Part shown: positions 49,576 to 61,769 of the stretch, piece after piece
Position numbering within the stretch: position 1 is the stretch's first letter
How the letters are laid out: every line of letters begins with the position of its first letter
Origin: Cirrosporium novae-zelandiae
Lineage: Eukaryota
Length of the DNA: 64,000 nucleotides
Direction of reading: 5' to 3'
Assembly (NCBI GenBank): GCA_026023565.1
Contig: JAPETS010000035.1
Location: forward strand, 62,001 to 126,000
Program-made: the position numbers and the translations under genes
The notes under the pieces: generated by a model
The model's database searches: none
The model's input: the letters and a program-made list of their open reading frames with translations, nothing else
What the model was told of the DNA's origin: nothing

Positions 49576-50183
49576 GATGATTGGAGAGAAAATTGAATTG
49601 ATGTAATAGTAGGGTTTGTATCTTGTGACCTCAAAGTCGAAAATTAATACAATATGTCCTGAGAATTGAGAAATCTAATGGTATAACAATAGCGACGCCG
49701 ACACTCTCTATGGGCAGCACTCGCTATCGACAGGAAGAAAGGAATCAATATAGATCAACCCCTCCTTTGGGGCTATCAAGAGAAGTAAATAACACAAATG
49801 GAATCATGATGGAGAGGCTACGGGGCCTATCTCGGCCCGAAAGCTTCTTGGATATCATGATGGTATTTGGTTGTTGACGATGGCGAAGGAAGAAGAAGAA
49901 GAGGCAAGCGGAGAGGAGCAGATGGGGGAAAGGAAAGTGTGGAGAAATAAGGTGAATGGGGGTGTCTCCGGGGTGTATGGTGTGTGGTTGGTGCGGGTGG
50001 AACTAATTTGCTGTCCAGCCGCTGAGTCATGAACACGTCCTCCCCTCTAATTTCACCGACTTTATTATCGGACCATGTCCACCCGAATAGTTTTTTTTTA
50101 AAAAGATACACTTACCAAAATGTACCTCAAAATTATTTCAGCAAGATATATACTTTCAGGGATAGTTCTACTTGGAACCTCTA

Positions 50184-50900
50184 ATGAACCTCCTAGGTCC
50201 CAGGGAGGGGAGGGACCTCCCCAAACCCACGTCCCATTTCCTACGGCTCCCTCTTGAACTACGAAACATGATTTATTCTTACGTCTTACCACACACCATC
50301 TGCACCAAGAGCAATCGTATATTCTGGGTCCGAGGAAACACCTCAATCCTTGCAGTCAACAAGCAAATCTCCGAAGAGGCTATAGACATGCTGTACGGGG
50401 ATAGTACTTTTGTCATTGATGTTATGTTTGATGATCACGGCATTCGATTTGACTATCAATGGATCCTTCCTAACGGTCTTTGCCCTCGCCGAGCCCTGAC
50501 CTTCCCAGGAGACCTAGCCCTATCAAACGTTGCTAAGATCAAGAAATTATATGTCAGGATACACCATGTTGATAGCTATACCGGCTGGGTGAAATACAAC
50601 TGCGGAGCCCACGGCTTCAACGATGGCCTCAAACATAGGGTCGAGGAGCTCTGTACCCATTTGCAGAAGCTGAATGAGCTGTGCGTTCTGAAAATCGAAT
50701 TGCGTGACTCGGAGAGATCCAAGCTGGCCGAAATGGGACAGGTGGTGTTGGAACCTTTCGGCCAGCTTCAACACGTTCATCAGGTCCATTTCTTTGGCTC
50801 AGTGCTGTCCGGATTTGCTAGTCAGTTGAAGGCGAAGATGCAAGGTACCCAGGGATGTGGTGGTGGATTCCGGAGCAGTATTATTTCAAGCAGCCTCTGA
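50184..50900 (+). CDS. Fungal protein with F-box-like N-terminal motif
   Basis: ORF from ATG 50184 with FLRLPLELRNMIYSYVL and ILAVNKQISEEAIDMLYG, a common Pezizomycotina family pattern. Confidence 0.7.
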   Translation: MNLLGPREGRDLPKPTSHFLRLPLELRNMIYSYVLPHTICTKSNRIFWVRGNTSILAVNKQISEEAIDMLYGDSTFVIDVMFDDHGIRFDYQWILPNGLCPRRALTFPGDLALSNVAKIKKLYVRIHHVDSYTGWVKYNCGAHGFNDGLKHRVEELCTHLQKLNELCVLKIELRDSERSKLAEMGQVVLEPFGQLQHVHQVHFFGSVLSGFASQLKAKMQGTQGCGGGFRSSIISSSL

Positions 50901-51037
50901 TGAGGCAGGATAAGTCATTTGTGCAACAATCCTCGGACGCTTCTATAGACAGACCTTCCAAGTGCCGCAACACCATAGACCAGACGCCATAAAACGCCGA
51001 TCTCAAAAGTTTTTTTTTTTTCAATCTCCTCTCCAGC

Positions 51038-52428
51038 TCAAGCAAACATAACCTCATTGTCCAGTTCACTTTTCTTCTTCTTCCTCCCACCTTCTGTCCT
51101 CAGTCCCAACTCTCCCACCTTGGTCTTTCTCTCAAATCGGGCCTCACTCCGCTGTCCGTACCTGGCAGCCTTGCTCAACTTTAACTCGGCACGTATCTGG
51201 TTCGGCGAAACGAATTCCTTATTCTCATAGATGACTGGACCTCCGAAACTGGATTCTAGGATCACGATAGGCGTCATGACAAATCGGGGACCAATTTCGA
51301 CCAAACTTATATTCGTTTCACCTTTCTGTCCCGCAACCGCAACAGGAGCAGCCTTGTTATTATTCCCATTCATCTCCACATCCCCGTCCGCGTCCTTGTT
51401 GCCATTGCTCTCTGTCTCATTAATCTGATAACACCGTACCCAAATCTTATTATCGGCAACTGTAAATCCCATGACATGGTCAATGAAGGGTTTCGTCTTG
51501 CGAGCGCCTTTGGGCACACCAAACACATTCTGGAGAAGCTGCTTAATGACGCGGAGATGAGGCTGAGAATCGAATGTCGCGTCAAAGGACAATATGGGCC
51601 GGGATCCTTTTAGACAGTTTCCTGTGAAATGAAGTTCTTCCATGGTGTGCACTAGCAGAAAGAAGAAATATTAGTCCCATTCCTTGAATCCAAAGAATAA
51701 AAATAAATAAAAGATATCCCACTCTCCCTAGGAGGAAAAAAAACCTCCAAAAACATAAAATCAAAAAACCAAAAACCAAGCCCCCCCCAAACAAAGAAAC
51801 CCACAACTCACAATTAACAACATTAAATTTAACCGTCGGTCCATTCGGCGCCCTCGCCATCCAAACATACAAATCCTTCCCCTTGCGCGCCTCAAAGAAC
51901 ATGACATTATTACAGTTATAAAGATCCGCGAGCTCGTTGAGCTGGTAGAGCTTTGTTTTTGTGTCAAGTTTTGCGTCTTTGCGGGAGTGGGGTAGCAGGG
52001 CGTTGAGATCGGAGAGGAGGTGGCGGTGTCTGTGTTTGGGGTTAGTTTTTTTTGGTTTTTGGTTTTTGGAGGGGTGGAGAAGGATGGGAGAGAGATTGGG
52101 GTTTGGAAGGGGGGGGGGGTTGTTAGGTATGATGAGTAAAATAGAATAGATATAAATCAAATCAAATCAATTAATTCATCCCTCACTCACTCACTCCAAC
52201 CACCCCTCCCCTTCCCCCCAAAAACATCACAACACACATTCTCTCTCCCCCTCAAAAAAAAAGTAGAAAAACTCACCTATACGTAACTCCCCTAGAACTA
52301 AGCATCAAAACCCTCTGTTTATTCCTCCTCACTGGATCCTCCCCCTCTTGCATTCCCGCAGATGCCTTCTTGTCTCCACCATTAGCATCACCTTTCGAAA
52401 CCGAAAGCGATTTATATACTGCTGCCAT
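51038..52428 (-). CDS. BRX1: Ribosome biogenesis protein Brx1 (Brix domain)
   Basis: Exons 52428-52277, 52029-51812, 51651-51038: QRVLMLSSRGVTYR/HRHLLSDL...PHSRKDAKLD...LHTMEELHFTGNCLKGSRPILSFD...EIGPRF. Confidence 0.96.
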
Positions 52429-53077
52429 TTTTTGGGACGGGTAGTAGGGTTGGGTAATAATGGTGAGGGGGGTGGTGAGATAGGTAGTTTGCTGCTGGTG
52501 GTGGTCGCAGTGGTGGTCGCAGTGGTGGTCGCAAACTTTTTGGAGCTGTATGTTCCGTAGAAAGAAAATCCGGTCGCTTGGATTGGATTGCTTTTTTTTG
52601 CTTGCCATGGGCAGAAAAAAAGTGAGAAAGGGAGCTAAGTAGCTAGCGGGTTCACCGCCTTTAATGTGGTTGGGTGTGGGTGGGTTTTGCTCTTTAAGCG
52701 AGAGAGCCCACAGTATGCAATGTTTTGTGTGCCAGCATTAATTATGCTGGACAAGTAACTTATCTCCAATTCATATTTTTATATCGCATAATCATGAAAT
52801 AACTCCAAGATTCAAAGTCAAATTCCTCAGAAGATGAAAATGTGTGAGAAATGGCTACATGTATGTTCAGTGATCATACCCTTTTACTAACCCATTAAAT
52901 CTCACCCCATAGAACCAAAGCTCATAAACGCACCTCGACTAAAACAAAAACAAAACGCCATGCTATATTGAATAATTTCCTTCTTAACAATACCGGCCAC
53001 TCGATACTATATTGCTTTCCCTCGTGATGATTCACAAAATACCTTCCCAATGCAGATAAATAAATTTGTTTGTCCTC

Positions 53078-54773
53078 CTAATACCAATTTGTGTTTCTTC
53101 TCATAGAATTCTGATAATCAAGAGCCCCCGATGCCCTCGGCCTCATCGATGGAGCAGTATTGGAACAATCCTCCAATCCAGACATGAAAAGTGGATCTTG
53201 TACTGGATATTCTGAATTATCCCATTTGACCGTAGCATCATCCGGTTGCAATAGTGATAGTCTCCAACTACTATTGTTGGGTTGACTATACATTTGCTGG
53301 CTTGCAAGGGAAGTGGGGGTCTGCGGTAATTGACTATCGGGTAGAGAAGAAACATCTTCCCGACTTCTTTCCCGACGATGATGCATACACTGCAAATAGT
53401 CTTGTAGCGCCCCACTCTGTGGGAGGTGTTGTGCTGACGGAGCTTCATGCCCGTGGTGCCTGTGGTGCCCGTGTTGTCCGTGGTGTTCCTGATTCGGTGG
53501 AAGATCTGCTGAGGCCTGAAATGACCTGTTGGGTGTTATCTGTCGTACGTAGCCTTGCTGGTCCAATCTTGCGGCAGGAATGTTGTTCAACTCTCCACGA
53601 GGTCGAATGCTTGGATCCATCCCCGACATCTGCGGAATAGGCGTGTCATGATGCCCTCTCTGTGGTGTACCTAATTGCCAGTACATACTTGTATCTTCGT
53701 GATTATTTCTAATCACTTGGGACATTTGAAGATTTGGCTCTGGTTCATGATCGAATCCTCGATCTTGGGACCGACCGGCAGAATATCCATCAGGGCGACT
53801 TGGTTGATTCACGGGGTGGCCATGAAAAAGCGTTTGTCGTACCTGAGTCTGATTCTGGGTCTGAAATGGGCCTGGAAGCGAAGGTCCACCGTAATCATGA
53901 CCTCCGGCCACGGCTGTAGGTAGTCCTAACGCCGGCTGTCCATACATACTTTGATCGATTCCAGACATGGTTATGCCCTGATACTGTCCAGACCCATATT
54001 GGCCTGGAGCCGGATAGGTCGGATAGGTCTGTTGCGGAGGTTGAGTATAGGACTGGAAAGGCGGGTTCAAATCACTAAACCCAGCATGTGGACTCAAAGA
54101 AACTGCAGAATCACCATCATCTTTTCGGTGTTTTAGGCCATGAGACACATAGATAGGACTTGTATCCATATGAGAATTTCCATAGTCTGTTTGTTGATTC
54201 TAAGCCGAGTTAGCAAATATACAGGTTGGTCCGGCAATAATCAACAGTGTGGGATCCGTCATGTAGCTCACCAAAGGGATAGGAAGTTGGTTTCCTTTAT
54301 ATCCTGAAAGTTGATTCCAATCATAATGATGGCTTAAGCCAGGTATTGATCCAGAGGAGGAGGAGGTATGCTGCAGATTTGTATTCAGTCGAGTCTATGA
54401 ATTAGCATTCCAAACACCTACACTTGTACCCTCGTCATCCCGGTCATTTTGTGCCCGGAGGGTGTTCTCGATCCACGACTCGACACTTAACGGTGATTTT
54501 GGAGTTGATCGAAAGTCTGGTTGAGGGGTAGCGATAGGCGTTGCACCAGAGGGGCTTCGGACGGCCTCTGTGGGCACATCCCAAGTGGAATGGCCGGTTG
54601 ATCGTTGAACGTAGTAATATCGTCGTGATCTCCCATCCCATTGTGCAAGCCTGGCCAAAGGTATCAGCTAGTCTTCTTCGTGACAGCATCTGGCGGTGGG
54701 AGACTTTATAGACTTACCAGCCGTCGGGGAGCTTTGGGGGACCGGAGGTGGGACCGGCGTCATCATCGGCCAT
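53078..54773 (-). CDS. WW-domain protein with Q/P/G-rich disordered C-terminus
   Basis: Four exons join in frame: MADDDAGPTSGPPKLPDGW/LAQWDGRSRRYYYVQRSTGHSTWDVP (WW signature), then a small exon and ORF 54169-53078. Confidence 0.8.
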
Positions 54774-55429
54774 CTGGGGCAGAGTCGGAGGGGTTGACTT
54801 GGGGGTTCCGTCTTCGAACTTGTAAAGCAAGAAACGCCGCTGCAAATAACGGCTGCAGGTGATTTATTTTGTTCAGCAGAAAAATAGATTGAATAACAAC
54901 CTCCGGAAGACGCTGGAGGGCTCCAAATGAAGTGTGACTGTTATTCGAAGATAAATAGAGTGATGCCCAATAAACTACTGCCAAAGAATGATCTGCTCCT
55001 GATGATCTAGCCGGCAGATCTGGACCAAGGTATTATGGTCGAGGGGATCATGTCTAGGTTTGTCGCTGAAAGGCTCCATCCACAGATGCAAATGGAATAT
55101 GGGTTGGAAAGGACAGGAATGGTGATCCAGCGATGAGACTGTACGTGGCTGGCTTTGTTGAAGTTTTCTGACCAAGGCAAAGTGTGATTCCTACGATTCG
55201 CAGTAACTGAGCTTGGGGCGAGGGGCGCGCATGCCACCGATAAGTCACCAAAAGTCCAACAGCTAAAACAATTCCCATCAGGTTAATTACAACACATGCA
55301 GTGCTACAGCATTCATTTATACAGCATTACCCATGGGTCAAATAATATCCTCTAACGGCATTGAAGGTTAAGTATTTGCTTCTTAAAATAATACATTACC
55401 CTTGAAAGACCATGAAAAGAGAGAGAGAG

Positions 55430-55466
<37 letters not shown>

Positions 55467-55598
55467 CTGTACAAATAAACCAACCAACGAACATCCTTGC
55501 TCCGTGTCATGTCACCCAACGTTTGTCTGACCTGAACGTTTGAACCTCCACCCTCCCCCCCACCCCCCCCCCCAAGACCCAAGACATCTGGTCTCTAA

Positions 55599-57674
55599 TC
55601 ACCAGGCAGGATCATCATCTATGAGGATCGGGTCAGTTCCATCCCATTCCTCATCTCCACTTGCTTCCTCATCTAGGAAATCGCCTTCGTTAAATTGTTC
55701 TTCCGCAGGCCTGAGATTGTCAATCCGGATATCAACTATCTCACAAAGACCTTGGATGTAATCATTTCCCTCCTCATCGACACTTTCATGACTCTTGGAA
55801 CTTTCGATACCTCTTGTTGTTACACCTGCTGCCTGTGCGCGGCCCTTGTGATCGGCCTTGGTTTCTGCTGCGCGTTGAACCTCGGCCAGTTTTGCCAACC
55901 GGATACTCTTTCTTAAGTGCCTCTGAGGTTCCATGTCCGAATCCCCCACATGCTCGTACTTTCTTTTACGACTGTCACCGCTCTCATCCTCGGTTATCTG
56001 GCTTGCTTTCGAAGAGCTTTCTGAAATTTCCTTTGCGTCGGTGGAATAGTCCCAATCTCGGTTGGGTGGAGGGGATTTTCGGAAATAAACCTTCCTGAGC
56101 CGCTCAATCCATCTTTCTCTGAAACTCGCACGATCTCGCCACCCGATTTTCAGTATCGCCTTGAGCACCAGACGTCGCAGCTTGACCAACTCCTCCGATG
56201 AGTCAATGAGTGAGGTGAAAAAGCTCTCTGCCGTAGAGACATCCCAGTTACGTAGCTGAACCATTTCCACAACCTGCAAAGAAGATGGCCATGTTGGTAT
56301 CTCGTCTGGAAACAGGAGATCTTCATACAAAGGCTCAGAATCATCAAAGTTGGCAGACGAGCTATAGTACTGTAGATCCATCTTCAAAATTTCTAGCTTG
56401 GGACATGATTCTGCGAGATTAACCAGGAATGACATGCTTAAAGATTGATTGTGGTCGAGGATAAGTTCACGAAGATGTGTCCCATGGGTGGAGAGAAATA
56501 GTTGGAGCATCTCAGAAGTTAGGTTGGTACAGTTAACTAATGCAAGATACTGTAGTCCATTTGGTAGCCCAGGTAGCAGTTTCGAGTTCACCGTCGGGGA
56601 TGACTCAAAAGTCAAGCTTTTGAGATCTTTCAGCGCCGCAAGAGCTTGGTTCAGCTCATCAACCCCGTCATCGGGCTTGTTGTTGTTGAAGTTGATAATC
56701 TTTAATACTTTCAGATTGCTGAATGCAGAAATTGTATGTACATTTTTGAGGAACGACATGTCATGGTGAGTCCCCATTATTCTCGCATTCCATGTAAAAC
56801 TTTGAAGACGTATCCCAGTGGATGACAATGCCTCAAACAGGTCATCAGGATATAGCCATTTATTGGTATGTGGGCGACCAAAATCTCTGTACGGAGGCCG
56901 ATCATGCATATGCTGCATGTGTAGATGCTTCAGCAGAGGCGTGCGCTTCACCAGATTTACCAAATCAAAATGTCCCATCCCTGCCCCCATCGAGTATGCC
57001 AATGTCGACCGGACTTCGATATCCAAACGTTTGATTTTTACTGCATAGTCGAAGGTCGGGTTTGACTGTCCAAGTAATTCCAATAGTGACTGCGCTCTGG
57101 TAGCAGGGTTGAGAGGAGGGGAATAAAAAAGGGCTGTTAAGGCGGGTTCAAGGAAGGCTTTACAAACCAACGAGGTATCCAAAAGCCATGAGAGGGAAGA
57201 AGTTGGTAAATATGTTTGATGATCGTACAAAGGAGTAGAGGCATAGTTGAATATCTGAACAAGGATCTCGTAAGGCAAGGTGTGCCATGGAGGTATCTTC
57301 TGAGTTGTTTGGATCTCCTGGCGAGGGATGGTGTAGGTCTTTTTGCCAGAGACATCCTCTATCGGTTTCTTACATCTAAAGTTGAGACGTAGCTGTTGAT
57401 GTTTCCTTGGTGGCTCCCGCTTTGTTTTGGGCCTTGGATTAATAGATTCCTCATCCGAAACCTGAAACTCCTCGTCGCTAGAATCTACCTCTCGATAAGA
57501 AATTCTTCGAGTCGTTGTACGGGTGCGTCGACGTGGGTTCCTTTTGGGTGCACCCTTATCGGAGTCATCATCGTAGCCTTCCTCGGAGCTAGATTCATCA
57601 ATATAGACTGGATTGCTGGTGCTGCTGCTACCAGTAGTAGCAGGCCTTGTACTCGAACGGAGTTGGACCACCAT
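55599..57674 (-). CDS. F-box/leucine-rich-repeat (RNI-like) protein
   Basis: 691-aa ORF; WHTLPYEILVQIF F-box-like start followed by LRR-like LxxLxL units (LKSLTFE, LQYLALVNC, LRELILD, LEILKMD). Confidence 0.8.
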   Translation of the reverse strand: MVVQLRSSTRPATTGSSSTSNPVYIDESSSEEGYDDDSDKGAPKRNPRRRTRTTTRRISYREVDSSDEEFQVSDEESINPRPKTKREPPRKHQQLRLNFRCKKPIEDVSGKKTYTIPRQEIQTTQKIPPWHTLPYEILVQIFNYASTPLYDHQTYLPTSSLSWLLDTSLVCKAFLEPALTALFYSPPLNPATRAQSLLELLGQSNPTFDYAVKIKRLDIEVRSTLAYSMGAGMGHFDLVNLVKRTPLLKHLHMQHMHDRPPYRDFGRPHTNKWLYPDDLFEALSSTGIRLQSFTWNARIMGTHHDMSFLKNVHTISAFSNLKVLKIINFNNNKPDDGVDELNQALAALKDLKSLTFESSPTVNSKLLPGLPNGLQYLALVNCTNLTSEMLQLFLSTHGTHLRELILDHNQSLSMSFLVNLAESCPKLEILKMDLQYYSSSANFDDSEPLYEDLLFPDEIPTWPSSLQVVEMVQLRNWDVSTAESFFTSLIDSSEELVKLRRLVLKAILKIGWRDRASFRERWIERLRKVYFRKSPPPNRDWDYSTDAKEISESSSKASQITEDESGDSRKRKYEHVGDSDMEPQRHLRKSIRLAKLAEVQRAAETKADHKGRAQAAGVTTRGIESSKSHESVDEEGNDYIQGLCEIVDIRIDNLRPAEEQFNEGDFLDEEASGDEEWDGTDPILIDDDPAW

Positions 57675-58281
57675 TTTTTTTTTTTTTTGCCGAGAATGGC
57701 CGATTTCGACCGACTGCCACCCGAGGGATGGTTATGCAGGTGAGAGGAGACAGAAATAAAAAAAAGAGCGGTTTGTGTGGAGGGAAAAGTGTTGCTTGCG
57801 CCCAAGGGGCCTTGAATGAGCTTGTACTGTAGCTTCAGTTGTTGTCAGTGCGACAGGACTGGGGCCTTGGGAGTGAAAATGGTTGGGTGGTCTTTTCCCG
57901 GCCGATTTGAGTAACGTGACGGGCTAGATCGAGATGCCAAGTCGAGCACACTTGGGGGGGGGGGGGAGGATCCGGAAACTTACGATGGCGACTTTGTTTC
58001 GCTAATATATTCGCTAATATATTCGCTATGCCCATTTGGGTAGTCGGCCTTCTACCTCAAAAACCCTATGTGCTTGATATACCGACTCTCACACAGTCTG
58101 TGCCAGAATAAAATAATAATTCTGCACTTCTCTTCGAGATTGGATGGATATACACAGATGTGGCCTGCACATTCTAGCTCTAGATAAAATACATATTTGA
58201 GGAAATTCACCCGCTCCTAACTCTTGTCATCCCAAGGGTATCATGTAGTTAATCATCAAAACATTTTCTTTGGCCTATTCC

Positions 58282-60637
58282 TCAAGCCAGAGTAGCCTCG
58301 AGAACTCTTCGTCTGAGCCTTGCAAGCTTCTGTTCTTGCAGGATGACCGTCTGTCGAAGACTTTGGTATTTCTCTTTCCATGACTGCCCCAGTGCGACAT
58401 CACTATCTCTTAAAGCGAGGTCATCCTCGGATTCGCCACTCCTTATCCTTCGCTCCTCTACCTCCAGACTCGGCTTCATGGAATATCCCTCATCCAGAGT
58501 GATGTCAGCAAAGCTGCATGCGGCGTGTAGGGGACCCTTGGTGATATCCCACTCCAGTGAAAACTGTTGTCTATTCTCACCTCCGTGTACTGAGAGCTGG
58601 GATCCCGTCCTTGTCACTCGGATTTGGCCCAGCGCTGCCCCATCGCTGAGGCCAAGGTTTTGTGCCACCCCAAGTAATGTTGCATAAGTCACTAGCTCAG
58701 CATTCCTAGACTGTGAAAGGTCTCGCCCAGATGTCAGTTTCTTCAAAACTTCGTTTGACAATCCTTTAGCCTCCTCGAGAGTCAATAGTTTTTCACGGTT
58801 CTTCATGGTTGCTCCTAGAAGGCGGCCAGCAAAGGCCCGTTGGATGTCTTCAATATCAAACGGCAATCCTGATCCAGTCATCTCATTAAGCACCACCTCT
58901 GGGGTGGATGTTCTGCTATTCACCAGGGTAGAGTCCCTGAGAATATCCGAAGTTGTACTTTCGACGGTGATCCTATTATCAGAAGGGAGGTCACTCCGTC
59001 CATTAACAAGCAATGTAGGCGGCGTCGCTAATCTGACCGGGGCTCCAGTATGCTGTGGTACCTGTAAATGGAGTTTACCGGGTCGGCCTTCGAATTCCGT
59101 GCCTCGAATCGTCCTCGAATCATTGCTTGAGCAGGAAAATCTTTGCTTTGCTGGTGCCTCTTTTATTCTAGGAGGAACCGAAAAGGCTGAAAAGACCCCC
59201 ACCCCCGATGATTGGAGACCAGGAGGTCTACCACGATGACTGCTTGCGGAATCACCGGAATTCAACCAAGCCGAGGAAACCATTCTTCTCGCCCTTTTCC
59301 GAGGATGACTGAAGCGGCTTGGCAATGCGTCAACCGCTGACTGGGGCTCATTTCGTATAAACTGAGGTGATCGGGAAATACTTGGTGTCAATGCTGACCG
59401 TGGATAATGTATAGAAGGGGAACTATCACGACTTTGGGATCGAAAATGGGTCGCATCGAACATCTGGTGGCTATTGTTAGACGCCCAGCGAGGTGCGGAG
59501 TCCAATGAAACAGCCGTTATTCCTGAAGGGTGTGCCCAAGGAGGAACGTCGTCCGGAACGGCACTCCAGGGAATTGCACTCTGGGGGAAGAGACTAGCAT
59601 TCTGACTATGGAACTCTTCATAGCTCAAACTTTGGTCTGATGTATCCAATCTCGGATGCTTCAGAACCCTATGATCAGTATCCTTTTCTACACTTTCAAG
59701 TTTCCGACGACCTCTTTTTGGTCTCCACTCAGGAAGGAGAGCACGAAGGACAAGGTCTTCTTCTGCGGGCACGCCATCTCGAATAGAGCCTGACTGTGGC
59801 TCATTTGGTAAAGGTATTTGGGTATAATAGTTGTGATTTTTGCCTAGGCAATATTCAAAAAATGCATCAATATGCATGGCATGCATCCATCGCTAAGTCA
59901 ATGTCAGATTGTACTCTTAGCTTGCTGCTTAAAATTGCACTATAAAAAGATTGAATTGATACTAGGATTCTATGAAAATTTCTAGAAGGTCCGAAAGTAG
60001 TAAAACGTACTATTCCCAGGAAAATATTACTAACCTTTAGACGCACAGCATATTGCTGCAGCTTCTGCGTGCTTTGGTTCTTTTCAGTTGAAGGAGGTTC
60101 CACACCCAGCTCAAGTACTAGTTGTGTCCAGGTCTTAAGCTCTTTCGAACCAAGCTTCCCGACCAGCACCCATAGCTTATAGGTGGGAAAGCTCTTTCCA
60201 TCAGATTTTGGAGGGTGGCGGAAGCATTTCCGAAGTTCCAGAGAATCCGTAGAAGTCGGCATGCCTGGATTGCAGTAGAGTATAAATGCTACATAGGCAT
60301 CTTCAATTGAAGATTCCGATATGTCCCTTGGTGGTAGAGATCGTTGTTCGGAATCTATTCGGGATGGAGAACGTGAATTTCTAGAGAGACCTGGGTTTTG
60401 GCGTGGCGACATTGATAACAGTGAAGTCCGAGGACTCAGCGACTCACTCATGCGGGACCATCGAGAAGAGTCTTTGCTTCGCCCAAGATTCGGCCATTGT
60501 GCTGGGGGTGACATAGAAGGGCGTATCAACCCCGTCCTAGGTTGAGATCCAGGTTGAATCTGAGCCATCAGGCCTAGAGAGGTATTCAATTCAGAGAATC
60601 CGCTGATACTCGACTTGGGACTTGGATGGGCTAGCAT
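58282..60637 (-). CDS. abp2: ARS-binding protein 2 (Abp2) family
   Basis: DAYVAFILYCNP, PPKSDGKSF, WTQLVLELGVEPP, QKLQQYAVRLK/RWMHAMHIDAFFEYCLG (intron 60034-59893) and AT-hook-like RPKRGRRK. Confidence 0.88.
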
Positions 60638-61769
60638 TTTTCAAACTAGGTACTTTCACCGTGATAGCCATTCACCATTTCTATAATGATAGATTTAAAG
60701 ACAATTAGGCTCTCAACACAAATAATGAGCAAGGCTGATTAAGAACACGATTGTGAGTAATTGGGAGAATTGCAAATCGAGCGAAATTAAGCATAAGTCG
60801 TTTGAATAATGTTGAAGTCGCTGAATACCAAATGTTCAAAGAAGGAGCAAAAATAATGAAATTTTCGAGCTAAACTGGGATGCGAGCTTGATAATATCTA
60901 TTGTGGTAGAGTGCCGAGTTCTGTCAGGGACAAGACACAAAAAGAAGCTCGTCCAACTATAATTAGAACCCCCCTCCCCCACAAACCCGCTAGAGTTACT
61001 AAATTTAGCACATCACAAGGCACATTTCGATAAGGCCTATCAAGTAAATGACCAATGCTATCGATGATTTGCTCTCCATGGAAAATATGAAATCCTCTGA
61101 TCAAGAGTCTACTATTATATTTTTCCCGTTGGCTAAATAAATGTAATAACTAGTAACACATCACTACCACATCAAACTATCTTGTACATAAAACCTTGCA
61201 GCCGTTCGTCTCATCAAATCATCCAAGTCTCTAATGAAATTAAAAATCATACTAAATGGTGCTGGAATAAGCATGCACTCTTCTTCAATGCGTAAACAAG
61301 TACATAGTGATTCACACGAGAAAAAGAAACCGACAATATGTTGTACATCCCATTCTTATTTTTTTTGTCTTTACGGCTACCTTATCCGCAGATCGCGTAC
61401 TATTGTTTCAGGAAGGTGGCCCTTTTCCATGATCGTCCTTGAAAAGTGGTAATACCGTCCAGTAGTGGAAAATTCACCTGTTCCTCAGTAATTATTATCC
61501 AAGGCAAGTAAAAAAAACCTGGCTCGTGGATTTTATGGAGTCTCTCGTAGCTGCCTATTCCCATGAAAAGATAGGCAAATATACCTTTGTTTCAGTAATA
61601 TTCGCCTATAGTTTCTAAGATAGCTACACAACTCTTGGTACATTCAAGAATCTTAGCTTAGCGTTATGAGATACCATTTATAGATATCTCTACTTTATTG
61701 TATAGCCAAAGGGCTTGTCGAGTGGCTCGAATCGACTTGAAAAGTATGGCGTAAACCTGACCGGCGGAA